Of a stretch of 64,000 bases of DNA, positions 48,301-57,295 are shown in pieces (the first letter of the stretch is position 1; every line of letters begins with the position of its first letter). The stretch is from Candidatus Hydrogenedens sp. (lineage in GTDB: Bacteria; Hydrogenedentota; Hydrogenedentia; Hydrogenedentales; Hydrogenedentaceae). The stretch is taken from assembly GCA_049968235.1 (NCBI GenBank), contig JBMFRC010000015.1:10815-74814 (forward strand). The letters run 5' to 3'. The notes below the pieces were generated by a model. That model was given only the letters and a program-made list of their open reading frames with translations, did no database searches and was not told the DNA's origin. The translations under genes were made by a program, and so were the position numbers.

Positions 48301-49154
48301 TTATCAGGATTAATATTATCTTGATAATTTATATTAATACCTCTCAAAAATCGTAATGGTTGTGCACAGTCATATAAATTGGTAAAAAACTGGATATTCT
48401 CTTTAAATTCTTCTTTTCCGGTTGAAGTAATACCCATATCAATAGATACTGTATCTATTTCTTTTTTTATTGTATTGATGTTATATCCCAATTCAGGATG
48501 ATAAATGGCATGAACTTGTTTGCCATCTTTTGTATAGGAGGAACTTAATAATTCTCCATAACCATCCCAACCTACAATATTAGGAATAGTTCCTGCTAAA
48601 GAACCTCGAATATTTTTTGTTCCATAATTTTTTAATGTAAAAGTAAAAAAAACTACAGGGAGGGATGAATTTTTTTCATCTAAAGGGATAAAAGGTGAGA
48701 AACACTCCATCGACAGGTCCAGATCTGGAGAAAAGTCTCCAAAAATAAGTTTCGCAAATGGAAACTCTCCTATAAAATCTATTTTATTTACCCCCTCACC
48801 AGGTAAACTTGGATTTAATTGTAAAATATAGGCTTTGGATTGTTCCCCATCTTCTGTATAAATGGAGAAAAAAGCATCGGAAACATTAGCATTGGAATTA
48901 AAATTATTCGTAATCTCCCATGGGCTTAATTTCCCATTACCACGAATGTATATTTGTCCTCCACCAAATCCACCTAAAGGAAATGCAATTTCTTTTAAAT
49001 TTTCATCTTTATAGACCTTATTGATAATGTACCTATTGCTCGAATTATTGTTTTGATTATCGCAGTATACATAGTTCTGAATAAAAAAAATTACAAATAG
49101 ACATAACATTAGGAACACATTCTTCCCCCAACACATACTCATATCCTTTCCCAA
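45324..49154 (-). CDS. secreted GH116-like (GBA2-type glucosylceramidase/beta-glucosidase) glycoside hydrolase with large extra region
   Basis: The track opens at a TTG (49154). In-frame ATGs at 49142 and 49136 are better starts (RBS GGAAAGGA), giving signal 'MCWGKNVFLMLCLFVIFF'. The N-terminal 'AFPLGGFGGGQIYI' matches the GH116 N-domain 'PLGGIGTG' motif. A C-terminal (alpha/alpha)6-sized region follows. At 1276 aa it is ~400 aa longer than typical GH116. Confidence 0.5.
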   Translation of the reverse strand: MGKDMSMCWGKNVFLMLCLFVIFFIQNYVYCDNQNNNSSNRYIINKVYKDENLKEIAFPLGGFGGGQIYIRGNGKLSPWEITNNFNSNANVSDAFFSIYTEDGEQSKAYILQLNPSLPGEGVNKIDFIGEFPFAKLIFGDFSPDLDLSMECFSPFIPLDEKNSSLPVVFFTFTLKNYGTKNIRGSLAGTIPNIVGWDGYGELLSSSYTKDGKQVHAIYHPELGYNINTIKKEIDTVSIDMGITSTGKEEFKENIQFFTNLYDCAQPLRFLRGININYQDNINPDNEEKQGDTCVYWLGPSEKVLSSDNIEKLNKKIQNGAHLIVSGDTNSIFDWLVAINRAKKSHKKEHVFDNFESGTYNLWTITGDAFGDKPANDKFPMQTDILGYEGKYFVNSYNGDDKKTGTAISKEFTIQHSFIHFRIGGGNKPDNTYIALIIEGEKILSSTGSNSETLKKVIWNVAEYIGKKAHIEIVDNASDGWGHILIDEIVFTNDYPIDKNSYKTLQKWLPMASIKGNWINSKYNVKLGGLFPNLKDAILVTNKIYKTTPNISTKQSEVFLKTDTGIPLIIRKKIGKGSVVWCNGKITDWIAPEYKRRWIASLIALTTNVPYIYEKGLDSQHPLWGNMVFSLKTFGKNEPQTCPQWSDFNYFWQYFSKNGILPQPESMEPSNPGYTWNGTIAYPFDLSPGEKEDITFILAWYFPNRTRGNQYYWTLPPLRYDYRLGNYYNNYFKNAMEVTNYCIDNFPYLLSQTSQFHKDFFSSTLPPVMLEAISANIATLHTPIYIYLEDGTVGGFEGTDNCCPMNCTHVYNYAQTLPFLFPILEQRIRYQELFYMMDKTEFYIPHRFIVPPSEPQLKNEIGGPFHHALDGELGTLLKLYREYKLSPDKKWLEPIWHNAIKVFQHILEKHDPTGEGIIRGEQPNTYDTHLYGSNTFIGTLYLATLKAMEIMLKELGSPDPNLILECQKRYESGRKKYIETCWNEEYFINAFDAPDVGSEVYNQMNCYGPGCHSDQLLGQWWSHILGLGYLFPEPYIKTTLNSIYKNNWRKNFYDHVQSPRRFAEDDEPGLLMCTWPKGGRPESPILYCDEIWTGMEYEVAGLSIFEGDWDKAVEIVSGARSRYQGNRKNPWSEIECGGHYARAMSAYSMLIAGSGFNFDKGKIKITPRVKENPSSFFFSTGTSWGIFEFNSGPRKTTVTIIPHYGKLEISRISLPAEKLRFNQMNMSIIKGDNSIPITEKIGIIQQDELYKTNLITVLLRQSITVLENEKVVIDIRW

Positions 49155-49205
49155 ATGTTTGTAAAAATGTATTATAAAATTACATAAATTTTATTGGCGA
49201 ATAAT

Positions 49206-49445
49206 TTATTTTTGTTCTTCTGCTTTTGCTTTTTCTACAAGGTCTTCTAATACTTGAAGAAGCACATCCGTTTCTACGCCGTAAGCCATACATACTTGCT
49301 CTATTGTTTCAAAACGGCTAATTCCGCAATGGGCACATCCTCCAAGATGAAATGCAGCAAAAACTTCTGCAACTCGTGGATGAACTGCCATTGCCTCTGC
49401 TACGGGCATATCTGGATAAAAATTTTTGTTTTCTTTTTCAGACAT
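49206..49445 (-). CDS. DUF1858 hybrid-cluster-protein-associated redox disulfide-like small protein
   Basis: 79 aa. 'GGCAHCGISRFETIEQ' CxxC motif pattern characteristic of DUF1858. Confidence 0.55.
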   Translation of the reverse strand: MSEKENKNFYPDMPVAEAMAVHPRVAEVFAAFHLGGCAHCGISRFETIEQVCMAYGVETDVLLQVLEDLVEKAKAEEQK

Positions 49446-49557
49446 TTATATTCCTTTCTTAACATATTTATTGTTATTCTAAATAAAAAGAATAATACAA
49501 TAATTCAGTTAAAAACAACATATTAAAAAGGTATATTATTTCAATAAAAGAAAGGTA

Positions 49558-49893
49558 GTGTTTGTGGAGCGGATAAAAATTGCTACTATTGATGAATTGG
49601 ATAAGAAAAAACAAATTTTTAAAAAATTTCTCGGTAAAAATTATTTGATAAGAAAAAAAGATAATAGTTATGTAGTTTTTGAATATATGTGCCGACATCA
49701 AGGGGCAGACCTTTCTTTAGGGAAAGAAGAAAATGGAGTAGTAACCTGTCCAAGACATCAATGGAAGTATAAAATAGACTCTGGCGAAAATATAAAAGGG
49801 GATGGGAGACCCATAAAACAATGTCCTATCGAAATTAAAGGGAGGGATATTTTTATAATTTTAAGTTTATGTAATCAAAAGGAGGAATATTAA
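49558..49893 (+). CDS. Rieske [2Fe-2S] domain protein
   Basis: 111 aa. GTG start with AAAGGTAG RBS. 'CRHQG' ... 'CPRHQW' CxH-X17-CxxH Rieske ligand boxes. Confidence 0.7.
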   Translation: MFVERIKIATIDELDKKKQIFKKFLGKNYLIRKKDNSYVVFEYMCRHQGADLSLGKEENGVVTCPRHQWKYKIDSGENIKGDGRPIKQCPIEIKGRDIFIILSLCNQKEEY

Positions 49894-50625
49894 TCCAATT
49901 TCAATGATGAAATGGCAAAAAAATGCCATAAGATTATTTTCTTTTTTTTGAGACCAGATACATGCCACGACTGAAAAAATAAACATCCCTAATATTTCCA
50001 GCATCGGTTTAAAAATGTGGTATATAGTCTCTGTAATGGTTACGAAAAACCAGCCAGAACCTTTAGATAATTGCCGGCATGCCCTTAAAAGAAGGTGTCG
50101 GTTCAGAAATTCCCAACCAGGTAACCAGGAAATAACCCAAAAGAATCGCTGAAGAAAGAATTGTATTTTTTGACTTAAAGGAATTACTCCTGCCCCTGGA
50201 TAAAACATTCGTAATGTAGGGGAAAGAATTACAAAAATTAATGAAAGAAGGCAGAGAAAACAAAAGAATAAAAATAAAAGATAATCTTGTTTTTGCCAGT
50301 ATTTTAAAGAAAACCATTTAAAATCAATAAACCTGTTGAACAATATAAACGGTAAAATCAACCAGAAAATAAACTTATATAAATCAAAACCATCAAATAT
50401 CGTAATGTAAGTAGAATGTTTTAATATAGGGAATTTTAATAGCACATCTGATAAACTGAAATTTAATACTCCCCATGAAAAGATAAATGTTGTATCAAAG
50501 GTTATTAGTAAATCAATAAATAGAACAGAAATCGAGTAGATAATTATAAAAATTGGCAGTAAAGAAGATGTTTCGCTATATGTGTCAATATTATCTTTTT
50601 TTATATCTTCATTAATTGTTGTCAT
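49867..50625 (-). CDS. polytopic membrane protein, possibly CPBP (CAAX-protease/Abi) family
   Basis: 252 aa. Multiple TM helices. 'PGWEFLNRHLLL' (E-x3-R), 'ETIYHIFK' and 'FFCHFIIE' loosely fit CPBP motifs 1-3. Its 3' end overlaps the convergent Rieske gene by 27 nt. Confidence 0.35.
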   Translation of the reverse strand: MTTINEDIKKDNIDTYSETSSLLPIFIIIYSISVLFIDLLITFDTTFIFSWGVLNFSLSDVLLKFPILKHSTYITIFDGFDLYKFIFWLILPFILFNRFIDFKWFSLKYWQKQDYLLFLFFCFLCLLSLIFVILSPTLRMFYPGAGVIPLSQKIQFFLQRFFWVISWLPGWEFLNRHLLLRACRQLSKGSGWFFVTITETIYHIFKPMLEILGMFIFSVVACIWSQKKENNLMAFFCHFIIEIGLIFLLLIT

Positions 50626-51290
50626 TTGTTATCTTTATTTAATTTTTTGTAAAAATTACAATGTTTATTAATTATACAAAAGTTACATTTCGGATTGCGT
50701 GCAAGACAAATGTTTCTACCATGAAAAACAAGTAAATGAGAAAATAATGTCCATTTTTTTTCAGGTAAAATTTGCATCAAATCTTGTTCTATTTTTTGGG
50801 GATTATCAGAAGAAGTTAATCCTAATCTTCGGGTTAATCTTCCACAATGAGTGTCAACAATAATTCCTGGCGTATTGAAACATTCACCAAGGATGACATT
50901 GGCGGTTTTTCTACCTACCCCTTGTAGTTTTAGTAAGTCATTCATTGTATTTGGAACTTTTCCGTCATATTTTTCAATTAATAGTTTACAAGTATTAATG
51001 ATATGTTGTGCCTTGTTTTTGTAAAACCCTACAGGTCGGATTCGATTTTCTAATTGTTTTTGTCCAAGATTGATAAAGTCATGAGGGGATTTTAATTTCT
51101 GAAATAAAGACATACATACTTTATTTACCCGTTCATCTGTGCATTGTGAAGCAAGAATCGTCATAATAAGTAATTCAAAAGGGGAATGATAATTCAAAGT
51201 ACAGTGAGCATCAGGATAAAGTTGAAGTAGTTTGTCGTATATCTTTTTTGCCTTTTCTTTATTTCTTTTTATGACTTCATTTTGAACCAA
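50622..51290 (-). CDS. nth: endonuclease III (DNA-(apurinic or apyrimidinic site) lyase)
   Basis: 222 aa. HhH-GPD 'LQGVGRKTANVILGECF...IVDTHCGRL' and the [4Fe-4S] 'C-x6-C-x2-C-x5-C' cluster ('CLARNPKCNFCIINKHC'). Confidence 0.85.
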   Translation of the reverse strand: MVQNEVIKRNKEKAKKIYDKLLQLYPDAHCTLNYHSPFELLIMTILASQCTDERVNKVCMSLFQKLKSPHDFINLGQKQLENRIRPVGFYKNKAQHIINTCKLLIEKYDGKVPNTMNDLLKLQGVGRKTANVILGECFNTPGIIVDTHCGRLTRRLGLTSSDNPQKIEQDLMQILPEKKWTLFSHLLVFHGRNICLARNPKCNFCIINKHCNFYKKLNKDNK

Positions 51291-52978
51291 TCTTTAAAAT
51301 CCTCAACATTTTTGCAATTTAAAATTTCATCAGGTTTTAAAATCCCTTTTCGTGCTATATAAATACCGTATTTTATGTCTTCTATCCCTTCTATGTTATG
51401 TGCATCTACAGAAAGGGTATATTTTATATTGTATTGTTTAAATTTGTAAATGTTTCTCCAATCAATGTCTAATCTCTGAGGGTTTGCATTAATCTCAATG
51501 GAAACATTACGAACCGAACAGGCTTTTAATAGGGTATCAATTTCCAGAGGATATCCATTTCGTGAGAGAAGAAGTCTCCCACTTATATGTCCTAATACAT
51601 CCAGATAAGGATTTTCGATGGCTTTTAATAAACGCTGAGTAGCATAGGTTTTATCCATATCCAATTTTGTGTGTATAGAGCCAATAACTACATCAAAAGA
51701 ATCCAGTATCTCATCCGGGTAATCCAGAGTACCATCCGATTTAATATCACACTCAATTCCTTTTAAGATTTGAAATGGTTTGTATATCTTATTCAAACTT
51801 TCTATTTCATCATGTTGTTTTTTTATATCATCGATTGATAAGCCATTCGCATAGCCTGCGGATTGGCTATGGTCACAAATGACGATGTAATGAAATCCTT
51901 TATGGATACAATACTCTGCAAGTTCAGCAATTGAATTGTATCCGTCACTGTATATTGTATGGCAATGAACAACTCCCTGTATATCTTCTGGTTGAATGAG
52001 ATTATCTGCATTCTCATAAACGAAATCCATGTTGTCATAGACATTTCTTAATTCTGGTGATAAATGAGTAAATCCAATCGATTTAAAAAACTTTTCTTCT
52101 GTATTAGATTTGATTAGAACCCCATTACGATTAAACAAACCCTGTCGAGAAAAAGAGAGATTATTTCGGTTACAATGTTGGATTAATAAATCAATAAACT
52201 CTTTTGAGCCTGTATTAAAAACGAATCGAGTTCCAAAGTCTTCTTTATCCGCAAAATCGATTAAAACCGGAATGTCAAAACAATCTAATCGGATAAAAGG
52301 CTCTATATTATCTTCTTTTTTTTCAGGAAAAACTGTCAGTAAATTTCGTTTTAATGTCTCTGTATTCTCTGTGAGCAATAAAAGATTTATGTTTCGCACT
52401 GTTTCCTCATATCTTCTCAAACTTCCAGAAATATATATATTCTCCCTATTTAATATGGTTTCTAATTTCTCGATTATTTTCTCTGCTATATTAAATCCAT
52501 GGGATAATAAAAATTGCCCTTTCCACTGGTTTAACAAATCAATACTTTTAATAATTTTGTTTTCTATTTTCTTATTAAACCCTGGAAGTGTGGAGACCTT
52601 ACCTTCCAGACATGCTTTGTATAGTTCTTCGAGATTTGTTATATGAAGATTGTCAAACAAACTGCGTATTCGTTTGGCTCCAAGAGATTGAACAGAAAAA
52701 AGTTCAAGCAAAGATGAAGGGTATTTACTTTTGACTTTTTCCAATGCAGGCACAGGTTCATCGTGATACCATGCTAAAATTTTTTTTTCTATGGCTTCAC
52801 CAATTCCCTCTAAGTGTCGTAAAGTTCCCGATTTTATAAGAGTGTCAATAGGTTCTTGAATATGCTCCAATATTTCTGCAGATTTTAAATAAGAACGAAT
52901 TTTAAATGGATTTTCTCCCTCTAATTCAAGATACTGAGCCAGTTCCTTCAATGAGCGTATGATTCCATCTTTATTCAT
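51269..52978 (-). CDS. DNA polymerase X family protein with C-terminal PHP phosphoesterase domain
   Basis: 569 aa. N-terminal HhH/Pol-beta-like region. PHP motif 'VHCHTIYSDG' and further His/Asp clusters ('VICDHSQ', 'DAHNIEG'). Confidence 0.8.
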   Translation of the reverse strand: MNKDGIIRSLKELAQYLELEGENPFKIRSYLKSAEILEHIQEPIDTLIKSGTLRHLEGIGEAIEKKILAWYHDEPVPALEKVKSKYPSSLLELFSVQSLGAKRIRSLFDNLHITNLEELYKACLEGKVSTLPGFNKKIENKIIKSIDLLNQWKGQFLLSHGFNIAEKIIEKLETILNRENIYISGSLRRYEETVRNINLLLLTENTETLKRNLLTVFPEKKEDNIEPFIRLDCFDIPVLIDFADKEDFGTRFVFNTGSKEFIDLLIQHCNRNNLSFSRQGLFNRNGVLIKSNTEEKFFKSIGFTHLSPELRNVYDNMDFVYENADNLIQPEDIQGVVHCHTIYSDGYNSIAELAEYCIHKGFHYIVICDHSQSAGYANGLSIDDIKKQHDEIESLNKIYKPFQILKGIECDIKSDGTLDYPDEILDSFDVVIGSIHTKLDMDKTYATQRLLKAIENPYLDVLGHISGRLLLSRNGYPLEIDTLLKACSVRNVSIEINANPQRLDIDWRNIYKFKQYNIKYTLSVDAHNIEGIEDIKYGIYIARKGILKPDEILNCKNVEDFKDWFKMKS

Positions 52979-52983
52979 AATAG

Positions 52984-55392
52984 TTATTTAGTAGTGTCAA
53001 TTCCGAGAGCGATTTTTAATACTTCATTTATATGGGATACCCAATAAATTTTTATTTTCTTCTGTATTGATTTTGGAACTTCTTCCAGGTCATTTTTATT
53101 TTTTTCAGGGAGGATGATTTTTTTTATACCTGCTCTTGTTCCTGCCAACACTTTTTCTTTTATCCCTCCAACGGCTAAAACGCTTCCTCGTAGAGTAATT
53201 TCTCCAGTCATAGCAAGGTCATGTGGAACAGTTTTCTTCAAGAACAAAGAAGTTAATGCGGTGAGCAAGGTAATTCCTGCGCTGGGACCATCTTTAGGCA
53301 CGGCCCCCGAGGGGACATGAATATGAATATCATTTTTTGTAAAACATTCATCCGATATATTAAATTGATGTGCAATAGAACGTAGATAACTTAATCCTAT
53401 TTGTGCAGATTCTTTCATAACATCCCCTAACTGTCCCGTAAGTATGAGATTTCCTTTACCCGGCATGGATGTAACCTCTATGAACAATATATCTCCCCCT
53501 GTAGGTGTCCATGCAAGTCCTATAACAACACCCGGAATTTTAGTCCGTGAAATAAAATCTTCATATATCTTTTCGGGACCTAAAAATTCTCTAACATTAT
53601 CTTTTGTTACTATAGTTTTTTCAGTATCTCCAGAAGCCACCTTCCTAGCGATTTTTCTACAAATATTTGCTATCTCACGGTCAAGATTTCGTACTCCCGA
53701 TTCACGAGTGTAATTTGAAATGATTTTTGCCAGTGCACTTTTCTTGATTGTGATATGGTTCTTATTTAAGCCATGAGAATTCTTCTGTTTGGGAATGAGA
53801 TATTTTTTAGCAATTTCAATTTTTTCTTCAAGAGTATAACCCGGTAGATGAAGCACTTCCATACGGTCCCGCAATGCCCAGGGAATAGGTTCAAGTTCAT
53901 TCGCAGTGGCAATAAACAGTACACGAGATAAGTCAAAAGGCACATTTATATAATTATCAATAAAAGAGTGATTTTGTGCTGGGTCTAAAACTTCTAATAG
54001 AGCAGATGCCGGGTCACCACGAAAATCAGTGCCTAATTTGTCGATTTCATCTAACATAAATACAGGATTTTGTGAGCCTGCTTTGCGAATACCCGAAATA
54101 ATCCGTCCGGGCATAGCACCAATATAGGTTTTACGATGTCCACGAATTTCTGCTTCATCGTGGATACCTCCAAGAGCAATACGAATAAATTTTCTCCCTA
54201 ATGCACGGGCAATAGATTGTCCCAAAGATGTTTTACCGACGCCCGGTGGCCCCTGAAAACATAAAATGGGTCCTTGTGTATCAGGCTTTAATTTACGAAC
54301 AGCGAGATATTCTAATATTCTTTGTTTTATTTTGTCCAGACCATAATGGTCCTCATTCAAAATATTCTCTGCTTCGATTAAATCTAGTCTATCCTCTGTA
54401 TATATCCCCCATGGAAGTTCTAATACAGTATCGAGGTAGGAAATGATTACATGATATTCAGGAGAATGTTCGTTCATAGAAGAAAGGCGATTTAACTCAC
54501 GAAGTAGTTCTTTTTTTACTTCATCAGATACTTTTAATGCCTTTATTTTTTCTTTATATTCATTCAGTTCCTGTTCTTTCCCTTCGGTTTCCCCGAGCTC
54601 CTTCTGAATAGCCTTCAACTGCTGTCTTAAGAAAAATTCTTTCTGATTTTTTTCTATTGTTTTCTGAACATCTTCTCTAATTTTTGTAGAAGCCTGAGCA
54701 AGTTCTACCTGATATTGTAATTTCTCAACCAGTTTTAACATACGTGATTTCAAGTCAGGCATTTCGAGAATTTCCTGGCGTTCTTCAATTCGTAATCGAA
54801 TGTTACTGGCAACAACGGCTGTAAGAAAAACAGGGTCCTCAATACTTTCGAGAAATGACATCGCCCCTTCGGGTATATTGGGATTGTTTTTAACTAATTC
54901 TCCCATTTGTGTTTTAATTGCTAACGCGATAGGTTCAATTTCCTTTGGATTTACTTCGGGTTCATCTATCAATAAAACTCTTACAATAGGGTAGGGGGAC
55001 TCCCGCATTATACCCCCTGAAAAAAATTTACGCGTAGACTGAATAAATACATTCAAACTGCCATCCGTCAAATTGTGTACTTGAAGAATTCTACCTATGC
55101 AACCAATAGAATAGGTGTTATATTTGGGATTTATTTTTTGGTTATCCTTTTCAGGTTTTTCTGATAGAAGAGCAACAAGCCGATGCGATTTTGTTGTATC
55201 TTCAATAATCATCTTCTCTGATGAAGTTGTAATATGCAAAGGAATCATTGCCATGGGAAATGCAACTATATCTTGTAAGACAAGTAGAGGCAAAGTATCC
55301 GGTATGTCAAAAGTTGTTGGAACAGGAAAGGAATCTTTAGAACCGTTTGTAGAAATGATGATTTGTTCTTGTTTATCACTACCTGACGACAT
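52984..55392 (-). CDS. lon: ATP-dependent Lon protease (endopeptidase La)
   Basis: 802 aa. N-terminal LON domain, AAA+ Walker A 'GPPGVGKTS', Walker B 'FMLDEIDK', protease 'PKDGPSAGITLLTAL' with catalytic Ser, and Lys in 'KEKVLAG'. Confidence 0.9.
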   Translation of the reverse strand: MSSGSDKQEQIIISTNGSKDSFPVPTTFDIPDTLPLLVLQDIVAFPMAMIPLHITTSSEKMIIEDTTKSHRLVALLSEKPEKDNQKINPKYNTYSIGCIGRILQVHNLTDGSLNVFIQSTRKFFSGGIMRESPYPIVRVLLIDEPEVNPKEIEPIALAIKTQMGELVKNNPNIPEGAMSFLESIEDPVFLTAVVASNIRLRIEERQEILEMPDLKSRMLKLVEKLQYQVELAQASTKIREDVQKTIEKNQKEFFLRQQLKAIQKELGETEGKEQELNEYKEKIKALKVSDEVKKELLRELNRLSSMNEHSPEYHVIISYLDTVLELPWGIYTEDRLDLIEAENILNEDHYGLDKIKQRILEYLAVRKLKPDTQGPILCFQGPPGVGKTSLGQSIARALGRKFIRIALGGIHDEAEIRGHRKTYIGAMPGRIISGIRKAGSQNPVFMLDEIDKLGTDFRGDPASALLEVLDPAQNHSFIDNYINVPFDLSRVLFIATANELEPIPWALRDRMEVLHLPGYTLEEKIEIAKKYLIPKQKNSHGLNKNHITIKKSALAKIISNYTRESGVRNLDREIANICRKIARKVASGDTEKTIVTKDNVREFLGPEKIYEDFISRTKIPGVVIGLAWTPTGGDILFIEVTSMPGKGNLILTGQLGDVMKESAQIGLSYLRSIAHQFNISDECFTKNDIHIHVPSGAVPKDGPSAGITLLTALTSLFLKKTVPHDLAMTGEITLRGSVLAVGGIKEKVLAGTRAGIKKIILPEKNKNDLEEVPKSIQKKIKIYWVSHINEVLKIALGIDTTK

Positions 55393-55572
55393 AGTAGAAT
55401 TACCTATTTTTACCTATTCAATGTATTATTTTTTCGAAGTTAAAATTATATCATAGAGTAGAATATATTTTAGGAGTTTCATGTTACCTATCACATATTC
55501 GAAGTTATATTGTCAAATTTGATAAACTACAACAATTATAAAACGAGTTAACCTCAAAGATAGGAATATTGT

Positions 55573-57192
55573 ATGGCAAATAGAAATAGTAAATTTGAAT
55601 TTTTATCTATTTTAATTTTCTTAGTAGCAATGATTGCCCTTTTGACTAATGGTTTTACCCCAAAAATCTCTGCACAGAGCAACAGGACAGATATATACCA
55701 AGCCATTGAGCCCATTGGACATACATTACAGACGATTTTAGATGAGTATGTGAAGGAAGTTGATATAAATAAAATTGTTGAGGGTGCTTTAGTAGGAATG
55801 ATGAGTAGTCTCGACCGTCATAGTTCATATATAAGTTCTTCAGATTTGAAAACACTAAGAGATGATACTCAGGGTGAGTTTGAAGGTATAGGAGTATCCA
55901 TAAAAATGGATGATAATCAGAATGTTATCGTTTTTATGCCTATACCCAATTCTCCTGCTGCACGTGCAGGCTTAAAACCCTTTGATATTATAAGAAAAAT
56001 TGATAATATTGCTGTGGAGGAATTATGGAAACCCGGGATGTCAGAACAAGAGAAACTAAGTTCTGCAGCAGAGAAGATTAGAGGTCCTATCGGAACAAAG
56101 GTTCAATTAACAATTGAAAGACCTCATGCAGATAAAGATAGTGAAACTTTGGAGGTTGTTGTGGAACGAGCAAAAGTGCCTCTTGAAAGTATAAAAGAAA
56201 GTCGAATACTTCCATCAGGATACGGTTATATCCGAATTTCCGATTTCAAAGAAAATACGGCAAGTGATATGAAGAAAAATATCCGAGAGATGTTAGATAA
56301 AGGAATAAAAGGACTTATTTTAGATTTAAGGTGGAATCCCGGAGGTCTATTAACTGCATCACAGCAAGTGTGTGAACTTTTCCTCCCTAAAGATTCTCTG
56401 GTTACATACACAAGAAGTAGAGGACAATTAACTCAGGAAAATGGTAAAGATTTGGAACTAAAAACAAGGGAAAAACCTGTTTTGCCATTAAACATGCCCA
56501 TGATTTTACTTGTAAATAATCAAACAGCAAGTTCTTCGGAGATTGTAACAGGAGCATTGCAATATCATCAGAGAGCTCTTGTTGTCGGTGAAAAAACATT
56601 TGGAAAGGGAAGTGTTCAGACAATTATCCCGTTACCACCCAAAAATGAAACGGCATTACGATTAACTACTGCATTATATTATACTCCTGCGGGTGTCACA
56701 ATAGACCATCAGGGGATATTGCCCGATGTTGAGGTTAATATGACGGATGAAGAGGAGCGTTTATTAGCATTACAAATGTATAAATCTTATGAAAAAGACC
56801 CATCTAAAATTAATGAACAAAATCACGGCTCAGTTACAGGCAATGAAATGCTTTATGTTGCTCCGGAAAAACTACAGGAGCGGGAACAATTACTCCATGA
56901 AATAGGAAAAATTGCAGGTGAAGACGCTGTAAAATTGATGAAAGAATTCTTCCGCCGGAAGAAGATTTCTGAAGAAACAATTGAGGATACACAACTTAAG
57001 AAAGCAGTTGAAATCTTGCAGGAAGAACCCGTTTGGGAAAATATCCTAAAGAAATATCATAGAGATGTTAAAGAAACCCAACAGGAAGCAAAGGGTAATG
57101 GGAAAGAAGAAGAGGATATGGTGGTTAAACGAAGACTGCTTGAAATAGAATTGCAGAATAATACCCCCGCTGTTCCTGCTAATCCAGAATAA
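55573..57192 (+). CDS. carboxy-terminal processing protease (S41) with PDZ domain
   Basis: 539 aa. Signal/anchor, PDZ 'GIGVSIKMDD...PAARAGLKPFDII', S41 'LILDLRWNPGGLL' and catalytic region 'ASSSEIVTGAL...GEKTFGKGSVQ'. Confidence 0.8.
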   Translation: MANRNSKFEFLSILIFLVAMIALLTNGFTPKISAQSNRTDIYQAIEPIGHTLQTILDEYVKEVDINKIVEGALVGMMSSLDRHSSYISSSDLKTLRDDTQGEFEGIGVSIKMDDNQNVIVFMPIPNSPAARAGLKPFDIIRKIDNIAVEELWKPGMSEQEKLSSAAEKIRGPIGTKVQLTIERPHADKDSETLEVVVERAKVPLESIKESRILPSGYGYIRISDFKENTASDMKKNIREMLDKGIKGLILDLRWNPGGLLTASQQVCELFLPKDSLVTYTRSRGQLTQENGKDLELKTREKPVLPLNMPMILLVNNQTASSSEIVTGALQYHQRALVVGEKTFGKGSVQTIIPLPPKNETALRLTTALYYTPAGVTIDHQGILPDVEVNMTDEEERLLALQMYKSYEKDPSKINEQNHGSVTGNEMLYVAPEKLQEREQLLHEIGKIAGEDAVKLMKEFFRRKKISEETIEDTQLKKAVEILQEEPVWENILKKYHRDVKETQQEAKGNGKEEEDMVVKRRLLEIELQNNTPAVPANPE

Positions 57193-57295
57193 AACAATCA
57201 AAATAATAACAATTTTATCCAGTTCATATATGGGAAAACGAGAAAAATTAGTTCAACATCCTTTTGATATAAATACTTTAAGGAAAATAATAAGT

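Noticed and set aside
52110-52646. 178-aa plus-strand ORF
   Set aside because: Antisense to the polX PHP/Pol-beta region. No motifs. AT-rich artefact.
55393-55572. TTGTCA / TTGATA -35-like hexamers in the lon-ctpA divergent region
   Set aside because: No properly spaced -10 partner could be paired with confidence, so I left the promoter uncalled.
57230-57295. Upstream ATG at 57230 as the rph start
   Set aside because: It has no RBS. Alignment with RNase PH begins at the internal Met (57296), which is preceded by AGGAAA.
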